From assembly GCA_050951545.1 (NCBI GenBank), contig JBMNJG010000007.1:32001-96000 (forward strand): DNA of 64,000 nucleotides. Direction: 5' to 3'. A program made the position numbers and the translations under genes. This stretch comes from Limnochordia bacterium (GTDB lineage Bacteria; Bacillota; Limnochordia; DTU080). Under the pieces are notes generated by a model, which was not told the DNA's origin, searched no databases, and was given only the letters and a program-made list of their open reading frames with translations. Shown here one piece after another: positions 19,601 through 28,943 of this stretch (the stretch's first letter is position 1; each line of letters opens with the position of its first letter).

Positions 19601-20487
19601 TCCAGATTGCCAGCTCAATTCATCTGCATAGCGTGGACGGCAGCGGTCTCTATCAGGTGAGTAGTAACACCACAGGCCGCGTGGCTCTTTGGGATGGGCA
19701 GGAGCATCGTCTCGAGCCTGGCGAATGCCAGATTCGGGTGCCAACGATCAGCGTGGAGGTGCTCTCGCCCCTCTATGACGACCAGATCGTGGGCACACTG
19801 AAACCCGAGATCAGGCTCGGGATACCCCGGGAGCTCTCCTTGGCACATGTCGAGGTTACCTTCGCCGGACAGACTGTCTACAGCGGTGCACAGATGCCTG
19901 CTTCTGAGGCATTGGCCTTTGACACAAGAGCTCTTGAGGACGGCCAGTATTTGCTCACTGTGGAAGTGACGGATTCGTTGGGGAAGATCACCGCTAAGAG
20001 GATGCCTCTGCGTGTGCAGAACTGGTGGACTCTCGTGGCAGATCTGTGGGAGCCTCTAGCGAGCGGTTGGTTTGGTGATTTCGACTTCAACGAGATCTAT
20101 GATCGCTCACCAGGTTGGGTGTTTGTCAAGGATGAAGCAGAGGCTTTTCATGACGACCCACATCGCATGACTCGCACAGGGCCCACTGACGAGTACCTGA
20201 TTTGGGAAAGTCCAGCTCTGCAGCGCTTTGAGCTCGTCTTTTTCGCTAAGCAGGTGCTGGCCCCTGAGGATGTGGAATGCGCGATCTCGACCGATGGGGT
20301 GCAGTGGCAGCCGATTCCCTACAGCCTACATGCGGGAGGGGTCTCCCAGTCGGGTTGGCGGCTCTTGGAGCTGTGCGGTGAACAGGCGCCGGACCCGGCC
20401 ACCGGGTTCTTCCGGGTGCAGCTGCGGGCTGGCGCACCCGCCGAATTGCAGCTGGGGCGAGTCAGTTTGAGAGGGCAGCAACCCTAG
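16633..20487 (+). CDS. Large secreted heparinase II/III-like lyase with C-terminal Ig-like/accessory domains
   Basis: Signal peptide; E.SPGYN, GHGHYDRL, PDLGYP, SHNTVLVN motifs. Confidence 0.75.
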   Translation: MRMCRKSVFVSTAVLCACAVLFGSAATAPIHAKNGTNLLTAEEMATIRTSQAWSGVNTSAVITLADRWMKYTPQQLRDMVPPASVPRAFDTHFLQCPQHSEEIKAFGSYPWIIDPDRPYKLICPVGGEAYPTNDFDHHHHGGPDDVSSEPYVDTGWGWRDPNHPQKYWFVAYYAHWLYHAHLRPAAVALGQAYVLTGDVRYATQGAALLDRIAEEYPDMDHVKQSRYGTEIQVGTYQGRILNCIWETGMARDLAVAYDYVYSGMDGNRALEEATGKSIARIRQNIEVNLLESAAQSIYTMDGRIRGNFGMHHSALATLAIVLDNHMTDRYLDFVLYATGLGSYPYEGIIMGLSNLVYRDGAPFESSPGYNSLWIGQFNAVAELFLRRGINVYQQEPKLKRLFDYPLKIVMADQFTPNIGDEGSVKAKGITGWRASTYKTAFEQWDERAYVTGRPLTTASDNMSAYGLAMLRSGSGSNATGLSLYYGPAGGHGHYDRLNIELFAKGERLLPDLGYPEYMSGFHKKLCGWTGHTISHNTVLVNERRQLSKNGGRLQLFSGSPKVQYVDVRAEEAYQGIASRYQRSVAMVSATASDVYVVDVFRVHGGHQHDFSIHGPDGAFSVQDLTLTPPRPEGTLAGTDVPFGYLYDAAHLERPGYTGGYGSYQGSGFSYLRSVQKGQPEGVWHADWALEARKGVRLSFVPEAGTEVFVADGEPPQNKAGNPPTLKYVLARRKTEAGDALGSTFVTVLQPHEGVPFVDDIRRLEAADGGDQGVVALQISHAHGEDLVLQSVDAASAFRGTDGTCFSGLLGVLSRTTGGIVNHAQLLGGGVLQHNDFLLESARSYTGSVVAADYGAGTIIVKLDPDAPAMPLAKLLDGQRIVVSNERHASEFVVSQVEALDGRRYKVTFQEPVDLTGQGKVTGIAPQSVSTSTPLPLGNYYVGQQLVNPTTGQAVRIASISGANIRLESRDSDVRPGEMFHIYDFGAGDRFQIASSIHLHSVDGSGLYQVSSNTTGRVALWDGQEHRLEPGECQIRVPTISVEVLSPLYDDQIVGTLKPEIRLGIPRELSLAHVEVTFAGQTVYSGAQMPASEALAFDTRALEDGQYLLTVEVTDSLGKITAKRMPLRVQNWWTLVADLWEPLASGWFGDFDFNEIYDRSPGWVFVKDEAEAFHDDPHRMTRTGPTDEYLIWESPALQRFELVFFAKQVLAPEDVECAISTDGVQWQPIPYSLHAGGVSQSGWRLLELCGEQAPDPATGFFRVQLRAGAPAELQLGRVSLRGQQP

Positions 20488-20513
20488 AGAGCTGAACCAG
20501 AAGGGGTGTTACA

Positions 20514-22460
20514 ATGCACATCAAAGACTACCTGAACGATATAGCTGAGCAGATCACAGCTGGGGCGCCAGCGCAGTTGCCGCCGCCCGAGATGTGGGAG
20601 GCGTGGAGACGCCAGCGCCAACAGCAGTACCTGAAGATGATGGGGTTAGATCGTCATCTGGCAGTGCCGCGGTCGCCGCTTAATGTGCAGGTTACGCAGA
20701 CTCATCAGCGTGAGGGCTATCGTATCGAGTGTCTGAGCTATGAGAGCTTACCTGGGCTCATGGTGGCCGCCAACTGCTATATCCCTGATGGCGCTGTCAA
20801 TGCACCAGCCATTCTCTATGTGTGTGGCCACTCACTCTTGCAGAAGGCCTCTCACTACCAAGAGCATGCGCGGCGTTATGCGCAGCTGGGCTTTGTCACG
20901 CTTATCGTGGACACCATCGAGTTGGGAGAGGTGCGGGGTTACCACCACGGCACCTATAGCTATGGTGCTTTCCAGTGGGTCAGCCGTGGCTACACGCCGG
21001 CGGCGGTGGAAGTCTGGAATGGCATTCGCGGTATTGATCTGTTAAGCGCCCGTCCGGAGGTCGATGCGTCACGCATTGGCGTGACGGGGACATCTGGCGG
21101 GGGGGCCATCACCTGGTGGCTGTCCTGCGCTGACGACCGGGTGAAGGCCGCCTCTTCGTCGTGCGGTACGAGTACCATTGCCGCCCATGTCCGTGAGCGG
21201 ACGATCGATGGTCACTGCGACTGCATGTTTCCCATGAATCCCCAGGGGTGGTCACTCGTCGATTTCGCTGCCCTGGTGGCCCCGCGACCGATGCTTATTG
21301 TCTCGGCAGACCGTGACGGTATCTTCACTATCGATTCCATCAACGATTTCCGCGATCGCTTGGCCAAGGTATATGAGCATCTTGGGGCGCCGGAGAGTCT
21401 CGATCTGTTCACATTCCGGGCTCATCACTCTTACCAGCCGATGTCTCGCAAGGTCACCTTCCAGTGGTTCTTGCGCCATCTGGCAGGCAAGCAGCTAGCC
21501 ATTGAGGAGATCGCTGACATCGACGGGCATGTGGAAGAGGCCAGCACCTTGGCTGTGTTCGGTGGTCGGCTGCCAGCAAAAGACCGAGCATCGACCGTGC
21601 AGGATTGGTTTGTGCCGGTAGCCACCCCACCCCAGATCAACGATACCGTAGTCCTAAAGAAGGAACGCGAGCGAGTGATCGCCGCTCTGAAAGAGGAGAC
21701 CTTCGCTACTTTCCCTGATCCTTTGCCAGATCCCAAGCCGCAGGTGACCATGGAGGATTTCACTGGCGGAGGATACAAGAATGTCCACTTGCGTTACACG
21801 CCGGAAGCCAACTGGAGCTTGGCTGCTTCTTTGCACATTCCCCTGGGCGGAGAAGAGCAAGCACCAGTTGTCGTCGATCTGGCAGATGCGGACGATGTGC
21901 GCCTACAGCCGGGGCGTCGTGTCTCAGCCATTTGCCCCAGCGCTTGGTGGCGCGCCTCGCTCTCGCCGCGGGGAACAGGTGATACAGGATGGAGCCGCTC
22001 GCTTCACTGGCATTTGCGGCGTTCGGCGGCCCTGACCGGTAGAACACTGGCCTCGTTGCGCGTGCTTGATGTGCTACAGGGCTTGAGGGCCCTGAGGCAG
22101 CAGCCCGGTGTAGACCCGAAGAGGTTCTATCTGGCGGCTCGCGGTGAGATGGCAGCAGTAGCTTTGTATGCAGCTTTGCTTGATGGGCAAGTGGCCGGGG
22201 TGATCTTGAGCGATCCACCTGCTACACAGAACGCACCGGACAGCGAAGTCGGTGTGGGTCCGTTAGTGGAGATGCTGGATTGCTTGCGGATCACGGATTT
22301 GCCTCAGGTGGCGGGGCTGTTGTGGCCTGCGGCGTTGGTCTTTTTGGGCCCACGGCCGCAGAGTTACATGTGGGCGGAGGATCTGTACAACCGTCTGGGA
22401 GCGCCGGGAGGCTGTTGGAATGTGTCGCCGCGCAATGCGGCGTGGCGTCCCGAGCAGTAG
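20514..22460 (+). CDS. Two-domain alpha/beta hydrolase (acetylxylan esterase-like)
   Basis: YESLPG, LYVCGH, nucleophile elbow GTSGGG, HCDC, ALVAPRP; second degenerate domain. Confidence 0.75.
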   Translation: MHIKDYLNDIAEQITAGAPAQLPPPEMWEAWRRQRQQQYLKMMGLDRHLAVPRSPLNVQVTQTHQREGYRIECLSYESLPGLMVAANCYIPDGAVNAPAILYVCGHSLLQKASHYQEHARRYAQLGFVTLIVDTIELGEVRGYHHGTYSYGAFQWVSRGYTPAAVEVWNGIRGIDLLSARPEVDASRIGVTGTSGGGAITWWLSCADDRVKAASSSCGTSTIAAHVRERTIDGHCDCMFPMNPQGWSLVDFAALVAPRPMLIVSADRDGIFTIDSINDFRDRLAKVYEHLGAPESLDLFTFRAHHSYQPMSRKVTFQWFLRHLAGKQLAIEEIADIDGHVEEASTLAVFGGRLPAKDRASTVQDWFVPVATPPQINDTVVLKKERERVIAALKEETFATFPDPLPDPKPQVTMEDFTGGGYKNVHLRYTPEANWSLAASLHIPLGGEEQAPVVVDLADADDVRLQPGRRVSAICPSAWWRASLSPRGTGDTGWSRSLHWHLRRSAALTGRTLASLRVLDVLQGLRALRQQPGVDPKRFYLAARGEMAAVALYAALLDGQVAGVILSDPPATQNAPDSEVGVGPLVEMLDCLRITDLPQVAGLLWPAALVFLGPRPQSYMWAEDLYNRLGAPGGCWNVSPRNAAWRPEQ

Positions 22461-22631
22461 CGGCTGGCTGGTGGGGCTGGTGACGCAGGGACCTCTCGGC
22501 ACGACTTCCGTACCGGGGGGGATGATTCTACGGAAAGTGTTGCTAAGCAAGCCTTACGTCACCAGCGTAACCAGAACAGGCTGCACCACCTCCCTAGGAA
22601 TCTCGATTTCCACAGCCTCCACCAGTGGATG

Positions 22632-22652
22632 AAAAAGACCCTGTGAAGGGTC
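22632..22652 (-). terminator. Intrinsic terminator of the riboswitch expression platform
   Basis: Minus strand GACCCT-TCAC-AGGGTC-TTTTT. Confidence 0.75.
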
Positions 22653-22675
22653 CCCGTGCGCACTGTTGTCGCATT

Positions 22676-22760
22676 CCCTTCGGTAACCCGGCTGTCTGAA
22701 GAGTCCAGACCCGTGGCTTTGCGTCTCTGCCTCACGACGGAGTTGCCCGTATCGGGGAAG
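22676..22760 (-). ncRNA. Cyclic di-GMP-I (GEMM) riboswitch
   Basis: Minus strand GGGCAACTCCGTC-GTGA-GGCAGAG-ACGCAAAGCCACGGGTCTG..CAGACAGCCGGGTTACCGAAGG matches GEMM-I architecture (GGGCAA, GNRA loop, CGCAAAGCC, GGGTTACCGA). Confidence 0.88.
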
Positions 22761-22930
22761 CTGCAGTTAGGACTACCATGTTGATTGTAGCAGGACCCTT
22801 GGCCTTTGTGGGTGTCTCCTGAGGATGTGGGACCAAAATGAGACCATCTAGGGCAAAAGGTCTATGGCTCAGGGTAGAGATAGCACATGCCCGCACAACA
22901 CAACCCGATTTCGGGAAGGAGCGATTGGCA

Positions 22931-24157
22931 ATGGCTGCCCCCAAACGCGATGTGAACTACGACGAAAACAAGGTGCCCGTCTTTAGTCTGCCCGATCCTC
23001 TGACACTAGGGGATGGTGAGCCAGTGACGGATGCTCAGACCTGGTTTCGCCGTCGCCGGCCCGAGGTGCTGGAACTATTCAAGACTCAGGTATATGGCAA
23101 GGTACCTGGACCTCCCAAGCAGCTGTTCTATGAAGTATTTGAACAGGATTCCAGTGCTCTGGAAGGCCAGGCCGTGCGCAAACAGGTCTGGATCAGCTTC
23201 ACTGGCCAAAAGGAAGGTCCGGGCATGGAGATGCTTATCTATCTGCCAAAGGAAGCTAAGCAGCCAGTCCCGCTGTTTTTGGGGCTAAACTTTCACGGCA
23301 ACCATACGGTGCATCCAGATCCCAAGATCAAGCTTCCCGATAGCTGGGTGCGACCCAGTGAGGGAGCTGTCGATAACCGGGCTACGGAAAGTGGGCGGGG
23401 CCTGTCGGCTAGCCGCTGGGCCGTGGAGCTGATTCTCTCCCGCGGCTACGGCTTGGCCACGGTCTACTATGGAGACATCGACCCAGACTACCATGACGGC
23501 TTTCAAAACGGAGTGCACCCTCTTTTCTACAGAGAAGGGCAAACGGAGCCCGCTCCCGATGAGTGGGGGTCTATCGGGGCCTGGGCCTGGGGTCTCAGTC
23601 GCGCCTTGGACTACTGTGAGCAGGACCCGCAGATTGATGCGGAGCGGGTCAGCGTCATGGGGCACTCTCGGCTGGGCAAGACCGCCCTGTGGGCGGGAGC
23701 GCTCGATGGCCGGTTTGCCTTGGTGATCTCCAATAACTCAGGTTGTGGCGGGGCTTCGCTCAGCCGCAGACGCTTTGGCGAGACAGTGGAGATCATCAAC
23801 AACGCCTTCCCTCATTGGTTCTGCAGGAACTTTTGGCAGTACAACGGCCGCGAAAACGCGCTGCCAGTGGATCAGCATATGCTCATCGCTCTGATCGCTC
23901 CCCGGCCCGTCTATGTGGCCAGTGCGGAAGAGGACCGCTGGGCTGACCCCCGGGGCGAGTTTCTGGCGGCGAAGGGAGCAGATGCCACCTACCGCCTGCT
24001 GGGCACCGATGGCTTGGCAGCCACTGAGATGCCAGCACTCAGTGAACCGGTGCACAGCACAATTGGCTATCACATCCGTCCTGGTCGACACGATGTGACG
24101 GAATACGACTGGCAGCAGTACCTGGATTTTGCAGACCGGCACTTGCGCTCCGAGTGA
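22931..24157 (+). CDS. Glucuronoyl esterase-like hydrolase (CE15)
   Basis: [38 protein letters not shown]. Confidence 0.85.
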   Translation: MAAPKRDVNYDENKVPVFSLPDPLTLGDGEPVTDAQTWFRRRRPEVLELFKTQVYGKVPGPPKQLFYEVFEQDSSALEGQAVRKQVWISFTGQKEGPGMEMLIYLPKEAKQPVPLFLGLNFHGNHTVHPDPKIKLPDSWVRPSEGAVDNRATESGRGLSASRWAVELILSRGYGLATVYYGDIDPDYHDGFQNGVHPLFYREGQTEPAPDEWGSIGAWAWGLSRALDYCEQDPQIDAERVSVMGHSRLGKTALWAGALDGRFALVISNNSGCGGASLSRRRFGETVEIINNAFPHWFCRNFWQYNGRENALPVDQHMLIALIAPRPVYVASAEEDRWADPRGEFLAAKGADATYRLLGTDGLAATEMPALSEPVHSTIGYHIRPGRHDVTEYDWQQYLDFADRHLRSE

Positions 24158-24185
24158 CGCCGGGACAACGCGCAGACAGCCGGAG

Positions 24186-24213
24186 TAGGGGGTAACCCCT
24201 ATGTTGTTATTTT
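24186..24213 (+). terminator. Probable terminator after CE15 gene
   Basis: TAGGGG-GTAA-CCCCTA followed by T-rich tract. Confidence 0.55.
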
Positions 24214-24389
24214 CCACATATGGTATTATAAGGGTAGATTCCAGGTCCTAGGGCTTAGGTCCCAGTTTTGGCAAGGTCAGGGACGATCCTCAGACCAGCA
24301 CAGTGGGACAAGCTTCAGCAAGTGCTATCGTTAGCTCGCACGATGATCAGAGAACAACAGTAAGACCGCGAAACGGGGGTCGGAAACAC

Positions 24390-24851
24390 ATGAATAAATG
24401 GTTGGCAAAGGATGAGCAAGGCTTCACGTTAGTAGAACTGATGATGGTCATCGTCATCCTGGCGATTCTCACTGGCGTGGCGGTGCCGATGGTCAGCAGG
24501 ATGCAGAAGAATGCGTGGAAGGCGAAGCTAACCAGCTTGGCCGATTCGTTGGGGTCGGCGATTGTCGTTGACGCGATGATGGCTATGGATGATGCGGTGA
24601 CTGGGGCGTACTATGCTGGCTGAAGATCGATGAGGCGAGAGGGCTTGTCTCGCTGCCAAAGGATGTTGACGTAGCGACGGACGCTGCTGGTACGGGCGCT
24701 GCGAATGACGGATGCCAAGGCGTACCTGGTTGTCGCCGGAGCGACGAGGATGCGAAGGCGGTGACCATAACGGGCTATCGGAAAGGCAAGAGCTACGGAC
24801 CAACTCTTGCCCGACGGAGGAATGGTGTTCTCCTGGGCCGAGGCCAGCTGA
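24390..24851 (+). pseudogene. pilA: Type IV major pilin, frameshifted as assembled (open frame 24390-24623)
   Basis: Class III signal KDEQG|FTLVELMMVIVILAIL; stop at 24621, protein-like continuation alternates between two frames up to in-frame TGA 24849. Confidence 0.75.
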
Positions 24852-24893
24852 GTAACACCCCCTAACCACACCATAGCTAGCAGGTGAACACAT

Positions 24894-26624
24894 ATGGGCC
24901 CCATGCGCCGACGTAGATTAGGCGATATTCTCATCGAAAGAGGGGTCCTGACAGCGGAGCAACTGGGGAAAGCATTAGAGCGCCAGCTTGAAACCAGGGC
25001 ACCACTCGGCGCGGTACTTGTAGAGATGGGGTTGATCAAGGCAGATGTCTTGGCCGACGCCTTGGCAGAGCATCTCGGAGTGCCGCGAGCGGAATGGCGC
25101 CTGGGTAGTCCGGACCCGGAGCTGGCGCTTTTGATACCCATGGAGTTGCTGCGCGAGGGCCGCATCTTTCCCCTGAGTCGTGAAGGCGACTGCCTGCGTC
25201 TGGCGATGGCCGATCCGCTGGATATCTTCACGATCGATGCGGTACGTCAGGTGACTGGGCTTTTCGTAGAACCGGCCGTGGCTACGGAGGCGGAGATCAA
25301 GGCGGCTTTTGATCGGGTCTTCAACTTGTCCTCTGCAGCCCATGAGGTGATCGCTGAGATCGAGGAAGAGCCTGTTGAGGAGAAGTCGCTGGAATCGCTG
25401 ATGGAACAGCAGGTGGACTCCCCTGGGGTGAAGATGGTCAACCTGATCCTGGTCCAAGCGGTGCGCGACCGAGTCAGCGATATCCATATCGAGCCGCGGG
25501 AAGACCGAGTGATCGTCCGTTTTCGAGTGGACGGCGTGCTGCGGGAAGAGATGCGCTTGCCCAGGCAGATCCATTCGGATGTCACCCTGCGACTGAAGGT
25601 GATGGCCGGACTGGACATCACTGAGCGGCGGCGCCCTCAGGATGGACGAATCAAGATCACCATTGAGGGTCAGTCCATCGACTTGCGTATGTCGGTGCTG
25701 CCCACCATCTATGGCGAGAAGACTGTACTGCGTCTTCTAGACAAAAGTAGCGTAGTGTTGCGGGTGGCCGAGATGGGCTACCTTCCTGGTAGCCAAGATG
25801 CCGTGGAACAGATGCTGCGCCTTTCTACAGGCCTGATTCTCGTCACCGGCCCCACAGGCAGCGGCAAAACAACGACGCAGTATGCTCTCTTAAATGAACT
25901 GAACACTCCGGGGCGCAACATCATCACTGTTGAAGATCCAGTGGAGTACAGAATGGACGGGGTCAACCAGGTCCAGGTAAATGCCCGCATCGGTGTCGGC
26001 TTTGCATCTAGTCTGCGGGCCGTGTTGCGGCAGGACCCTGATGTGGTCGTGGTCGGTGAGGTGCGTGATCGCGAGACCGCCGAAATCGCTGTGCGCGCCG
26101 CTCTGACCGGACACTTGGTTCTGGCCACCGTGCACACCAACTCAGCTTGTGCTACACCCGCCCGCTTGATCGACATGGGTGTGGAGCCCTTCCTGGTCTC
26201 AGCTACAATGATCGGTGTGATCTCTCAGAGGCTGGTACGGCGTATCTGCCCCGAATGCAGGGAACAGGTGGGCGTTCTCGACCCGGCAGAGGAGACCTTC
26301 CTCGCTTCCTTTGGAGTGCATAAGCCGCAGCTGTGGCGGGGGCGTGGCTGCCCGGGATGTCGAGGCACAGGCTACCGCGGGCGCCTACCAGTAGAAGAGG
26401 TGCTGACGATCACGCGGGGCGTCCGCCGCTTGCTAGGAGCTCGTGTGTCTGAGGAGCAGGTGGAAGAGGCTGCACGGCATGACGGTTTTCGCACGATGAT
26501 TGAAAACGGTGTCGATAAAGTCTTGGCAGGTCTGACGACGCTTCAGGAGCTCTGGCGGGCGGTGTACTCATTGGAGGACGCTCTAGAGCAACAGCGGCAG
26601 ACAGAAAGCAGGATGAGCACTTGA
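24894..26624 (+). CDS. pilB: Type IV pilus assembly ATPase with N-terminal MshEN domain
   Basis: RLGDILIERG..QL..AL.RQ, SDIHIEP, GPTGSGKT, LRQDPD, tetra-Cys motif. Confidence 0.95.
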   Translation: MGPMRRRRLGDILIERGVLTAEQLGKALERQLETRAPLGAVLVEMGLIKADVLADALAEHLGVPRAEWRLGSPDPELALLIPMELLREGRIFPLSREGDCLRLAMADPLDIFTIDAVRQVTGLFVEPAVATEAEIKAAFDRVFNLSSAAHEVIAEIEEEPVEEKSLESLMEQQVDSPGVKMVNLILVQAVRDRVSDIHIEPREDRVIVRFRVDGVLREEMRLPRQIHSDVTLRLKVMAGLDITERRRPQDGRIKITIEGQSIDLRMSVLPTIYGEKTVLRLLDKSSVVLRVAEMGYLPGSQDAVEQMLRLSTGLILVTGPTGSGKTTTQYALLNELNTPGRNIITVEDPVEYRMDGVNQVQVNARIGVGFASSLRAVLRQDPDVVVVGEVRDRETAEIAVRAALTGHLVLATVHTNSACATPARLIDMGVEPFLVSATMIGVISQRLVRRICPECREQVGVLDPAEETFLASFGVHKPQLWRGRGCPGCRGTGYRGRLPVEEVLTITRGVRRLLGARVSEEQVEEAARHDGFRTMIENGVDKVLAGLTTLQELWRAVYSLEDALEQQRQTESRMST

Positions 26625-27658
26625 TGAGCCTGGATATCCACGACATACTGCAGCGGGCTGTAGAGCACAAAGCCTCCGATTTGCATCTCACCGTAGGCAT
26701 TCCACCGACGTTGCGTGTGCGCGGGCAGCTGCAAGCGCTGGCTGGCTTCTCGCGGCTTTTGCCTGCAGACACTGAGCTGCTGACGCATCAACTAGTCAAA
26801 CCTGAGATGTGGGAGCGCTTAGCAAACGGTGGGGAGCTAGACTTCTCTTATAGCCTCGGCCAAGTGGGTCGCTTTCGCTGTTGTGCTTACCGGCAAAGAG
26901 GCAGCCTGGGGCTGGCCATTCGTCTAGTTTCCCTTCAGGTGGCGGCCTTGGAGGCACTGGGACTCCCTAAGGTGATCTGCGAGCTGTGCGACAGGCCCGA
27001 TGGTCTGATTCTCGTCACTGGCCCGACGGGGAGTGGCAAGTCTACTACCTTGGCAGCGATGATTGACGTGATGAATCAGACGCGCAACGATGTGATCATC
27101 ACCCTTGAGGATCCGATCGAGTATGTGCACCGGCACAACAAGTCGATTATCAATCAGCGGGAGATCGGTACCGACAGCGAGTCCTACGCGGCGGCGTTAC
27201 GAGCGGCGTTGCGCAGTGACCCGGATGTGATTCTGGTAGGTGAGATGCGCGACTTGGAGACCATCTCCACTGCTCTCACGGCGGCAGAGACCGGACACTT
27301 GGTGCTCTCGACGCTGCATACGCGCGGTGGGCCTCAGACGGTGGAGCGGATCATCGATGTCTTTCCGCCGCACCAGCAGCAGCAGGTGCGAGTGCAGTTG
27401 GCCGGGTCGCTACAGGCGGTTATCTCGCAGCAGCTACTGCGCAGTGCGGATGGTCAACGCATGGTACCAGCTGTAGAGGTGATGGTCGGTACCATCGGTA
27501 TTCGCAATCTGATTCGTGAGAACAAGACGCACCAGATCATGGGTCTGATGGAAACAGGGGCTCGTTTTGGCATGCAGACCTTGGAGGCCTCGCTGGAGCA
27601 GTTGGTGCGCCAAGGGCTTATCGATCCTCAAGAGCTGGAGTCACGACGTCGACGTTGA
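26621..27658 (+). CDS. pilT: Pilus retraction ATPase
   Basis: ASDLHL, GPTGSGKST, EDPIE, AAETGHLV, IRNLIRE, GMQT. Confidence 0.95.
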   Translation: MMSLDIHDILQRAVEHKASDLHLTVGIPPTLRVRGQLQALAGFSRLLPADTELLTHQLVKPEMWERLANGGELDFSYSLGQVGRFRCCAYRQRGSLGLAIRLVSLQVAALEALGLPKVICELCDRPDGLILVTGPTGSGKSTTLAAMIDVMNQTRNDVIITLEDPIEYVHRHNKSIINQREIGTDSESYAAALRAALRSDPDVILVGEMRDLETISTALTAAETGHLVLSTLHTRGGPQTVERIIDVFPPHQQQQVRVQLAGSLQAVISQQLLRSADGQRMVPAVEVMVGTIGIRNLIRENKTHQIMGLMETGARFGMQTLEASLEQLVRQGLIDPQELESRRRR

Positions 27659-27688
27659 CACGAGATGGAGATGATCCGGAGGAAGACG

Positions 27689-28915
27689 ATGCTGCAGCCA
27701 CAAACCTTTTCATATAAAGTACGTACACGGCGGGGGCAGGTTCTGGAAGGAGTCCTTGTGGATCGCAGTAGAGCCGCTGTCGAAAAGCGCCTTCTGGCAC
27801 AAGGCTACAGTGTACTTTCCATCGATAGTCCGGAGCGTCGATCCTTTCTGGAAAGACTGCGACAACCGCGCGGCCATGTGCCTGCGTCTACGATGGCCAT
27901 CTTTTGCCGTCAGTTTGCGATTATGCTCAGCAGCGGCCTGTCTGTAATCGACAGCCTGGCCTTGGTGAGTGAGTTGATGCGCGATCAACGGCTGAAGCGG
28001 GGCCTGGAAGCAGCGCGAGAGAGCGTCCTTGCGGGCAGCAGTTTTGCTGCGGCTCTCGGCGCCCGCAGTGAGGTCTTTCCCCCGATGGTGATCCAGATGG
28101 TAGAGGCTGGTGAGGCGACGGGCGCCCTAAACGAAGTGATGGAACGTTTGGCCATCTATTACGAAAGAGACGCCGAGATACGGGCCAAGGTGAAAGAGGC
28201 CATGACCTACCCGACGGTCGTCGTCTTCGTGGCCATCTTCGCCATCATCGTTATTGTCTTCTTCGTGCTGCCGACGTTCGTCGATGTCTTCCGGAGTATG
28301 GAGATGGAGCTGCCCTTGATCACCCGTGTGCTGATCGGTGTAAGTGAGTTCTTTATCCGTTGGTGGTGGCTGATTGCTGTAGGCTTGCTGGCGGGTTTGA
28401 GCCTACTGCGACGCTGGTTGGGCTCACTTGAGGGCAGTGCGACCAAAGATCGCCTGCTCTTGCGGGCCCCTCTACTGGGGCCGACGGTAAGTAAGCTCGT
28501 CTTTAGCCGACTAAGCAGGGCGTTGAGTCTGTTGGTGCGCAGCGGGGTGCCCATGGTCGAGGCCTTGCGCATGACCCAGCGCTTAGTGATGAGCGTGCCT
28601 GCGTCGCAGGCAGTTGCTCGGGCGACTCGATTGGTTGAACAGGGATACTCGCTTACTGCTGCATTGTCAAAGGAACCGATTTTCCCTCGCATGTTTCTCC
28701 AGATGGTGCAGGTGGGTGAGGAGACGGGATCCATTGACGTCACACTGGACCATCTCGCCGACTTTTACGACCGTGAGGCAGGCTATGCCATCAAGAACTT
28801 GACGACGTTGATTGAGCCAATAGTCATTATTGGGTTGACTATGATGGTGCTTTTCTTGGCTCTGGCCGTGGTCATACCGATGTTCCAGATGACCACCACG
28901 GTACCCAACACTTAG
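27689..28915 (+). CDS. pilC: Type IV pilus inner-membrane platform protein
   Basis: F.RQFA.ML.SG, GEATG, A.TYP, GEETG, LIEP. Confidence 0.93.
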   Translation: MLQPQTFSYKVRTRRGQVLEGVLVDRSRAAVEKRLLAQGYSVLSIDSPERRSFLERLRQPRGHVPASTMAIFCRQFAIMLSSGLSVIDSLALVSELMRDQRLKRGLEAARESVLAGSSFAAALGARSEVFPPMVIQMVEAGEATGALNEVMERLAIYYERDAEIRAKVKEAMTYPTVVVFVAIFAIIVIVFFVLPTFVDVFRSMEMELPLITRVLIGVSEFFIRWWWLIAVGLLAGLSLLRRWLGSLEGSATKDRLLLRAPLLGPTVSKLVFSRLSRALSLLVRSGVPMVEALRMTQRLVMSVPASQAVARATRLVEQGYSLTAALSKEPIFPRMFLQMVQVGEETGSIDVTLDHLADFYDREAGYAIKNLTTLIEPIVIIGLTMMVLFLALAVVIPMFQMTTTVPNT

Positions 28916-28943
28916 GACTGATCGCGGCAAAGGGGGCGTTATT

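Noticed and set aside
24255-24389. c-di-GMP-II riboswitch in the pilin leader
   Set aside because: GTCCC/GGGAC pairing is possible but the class II consensus is not recognisable
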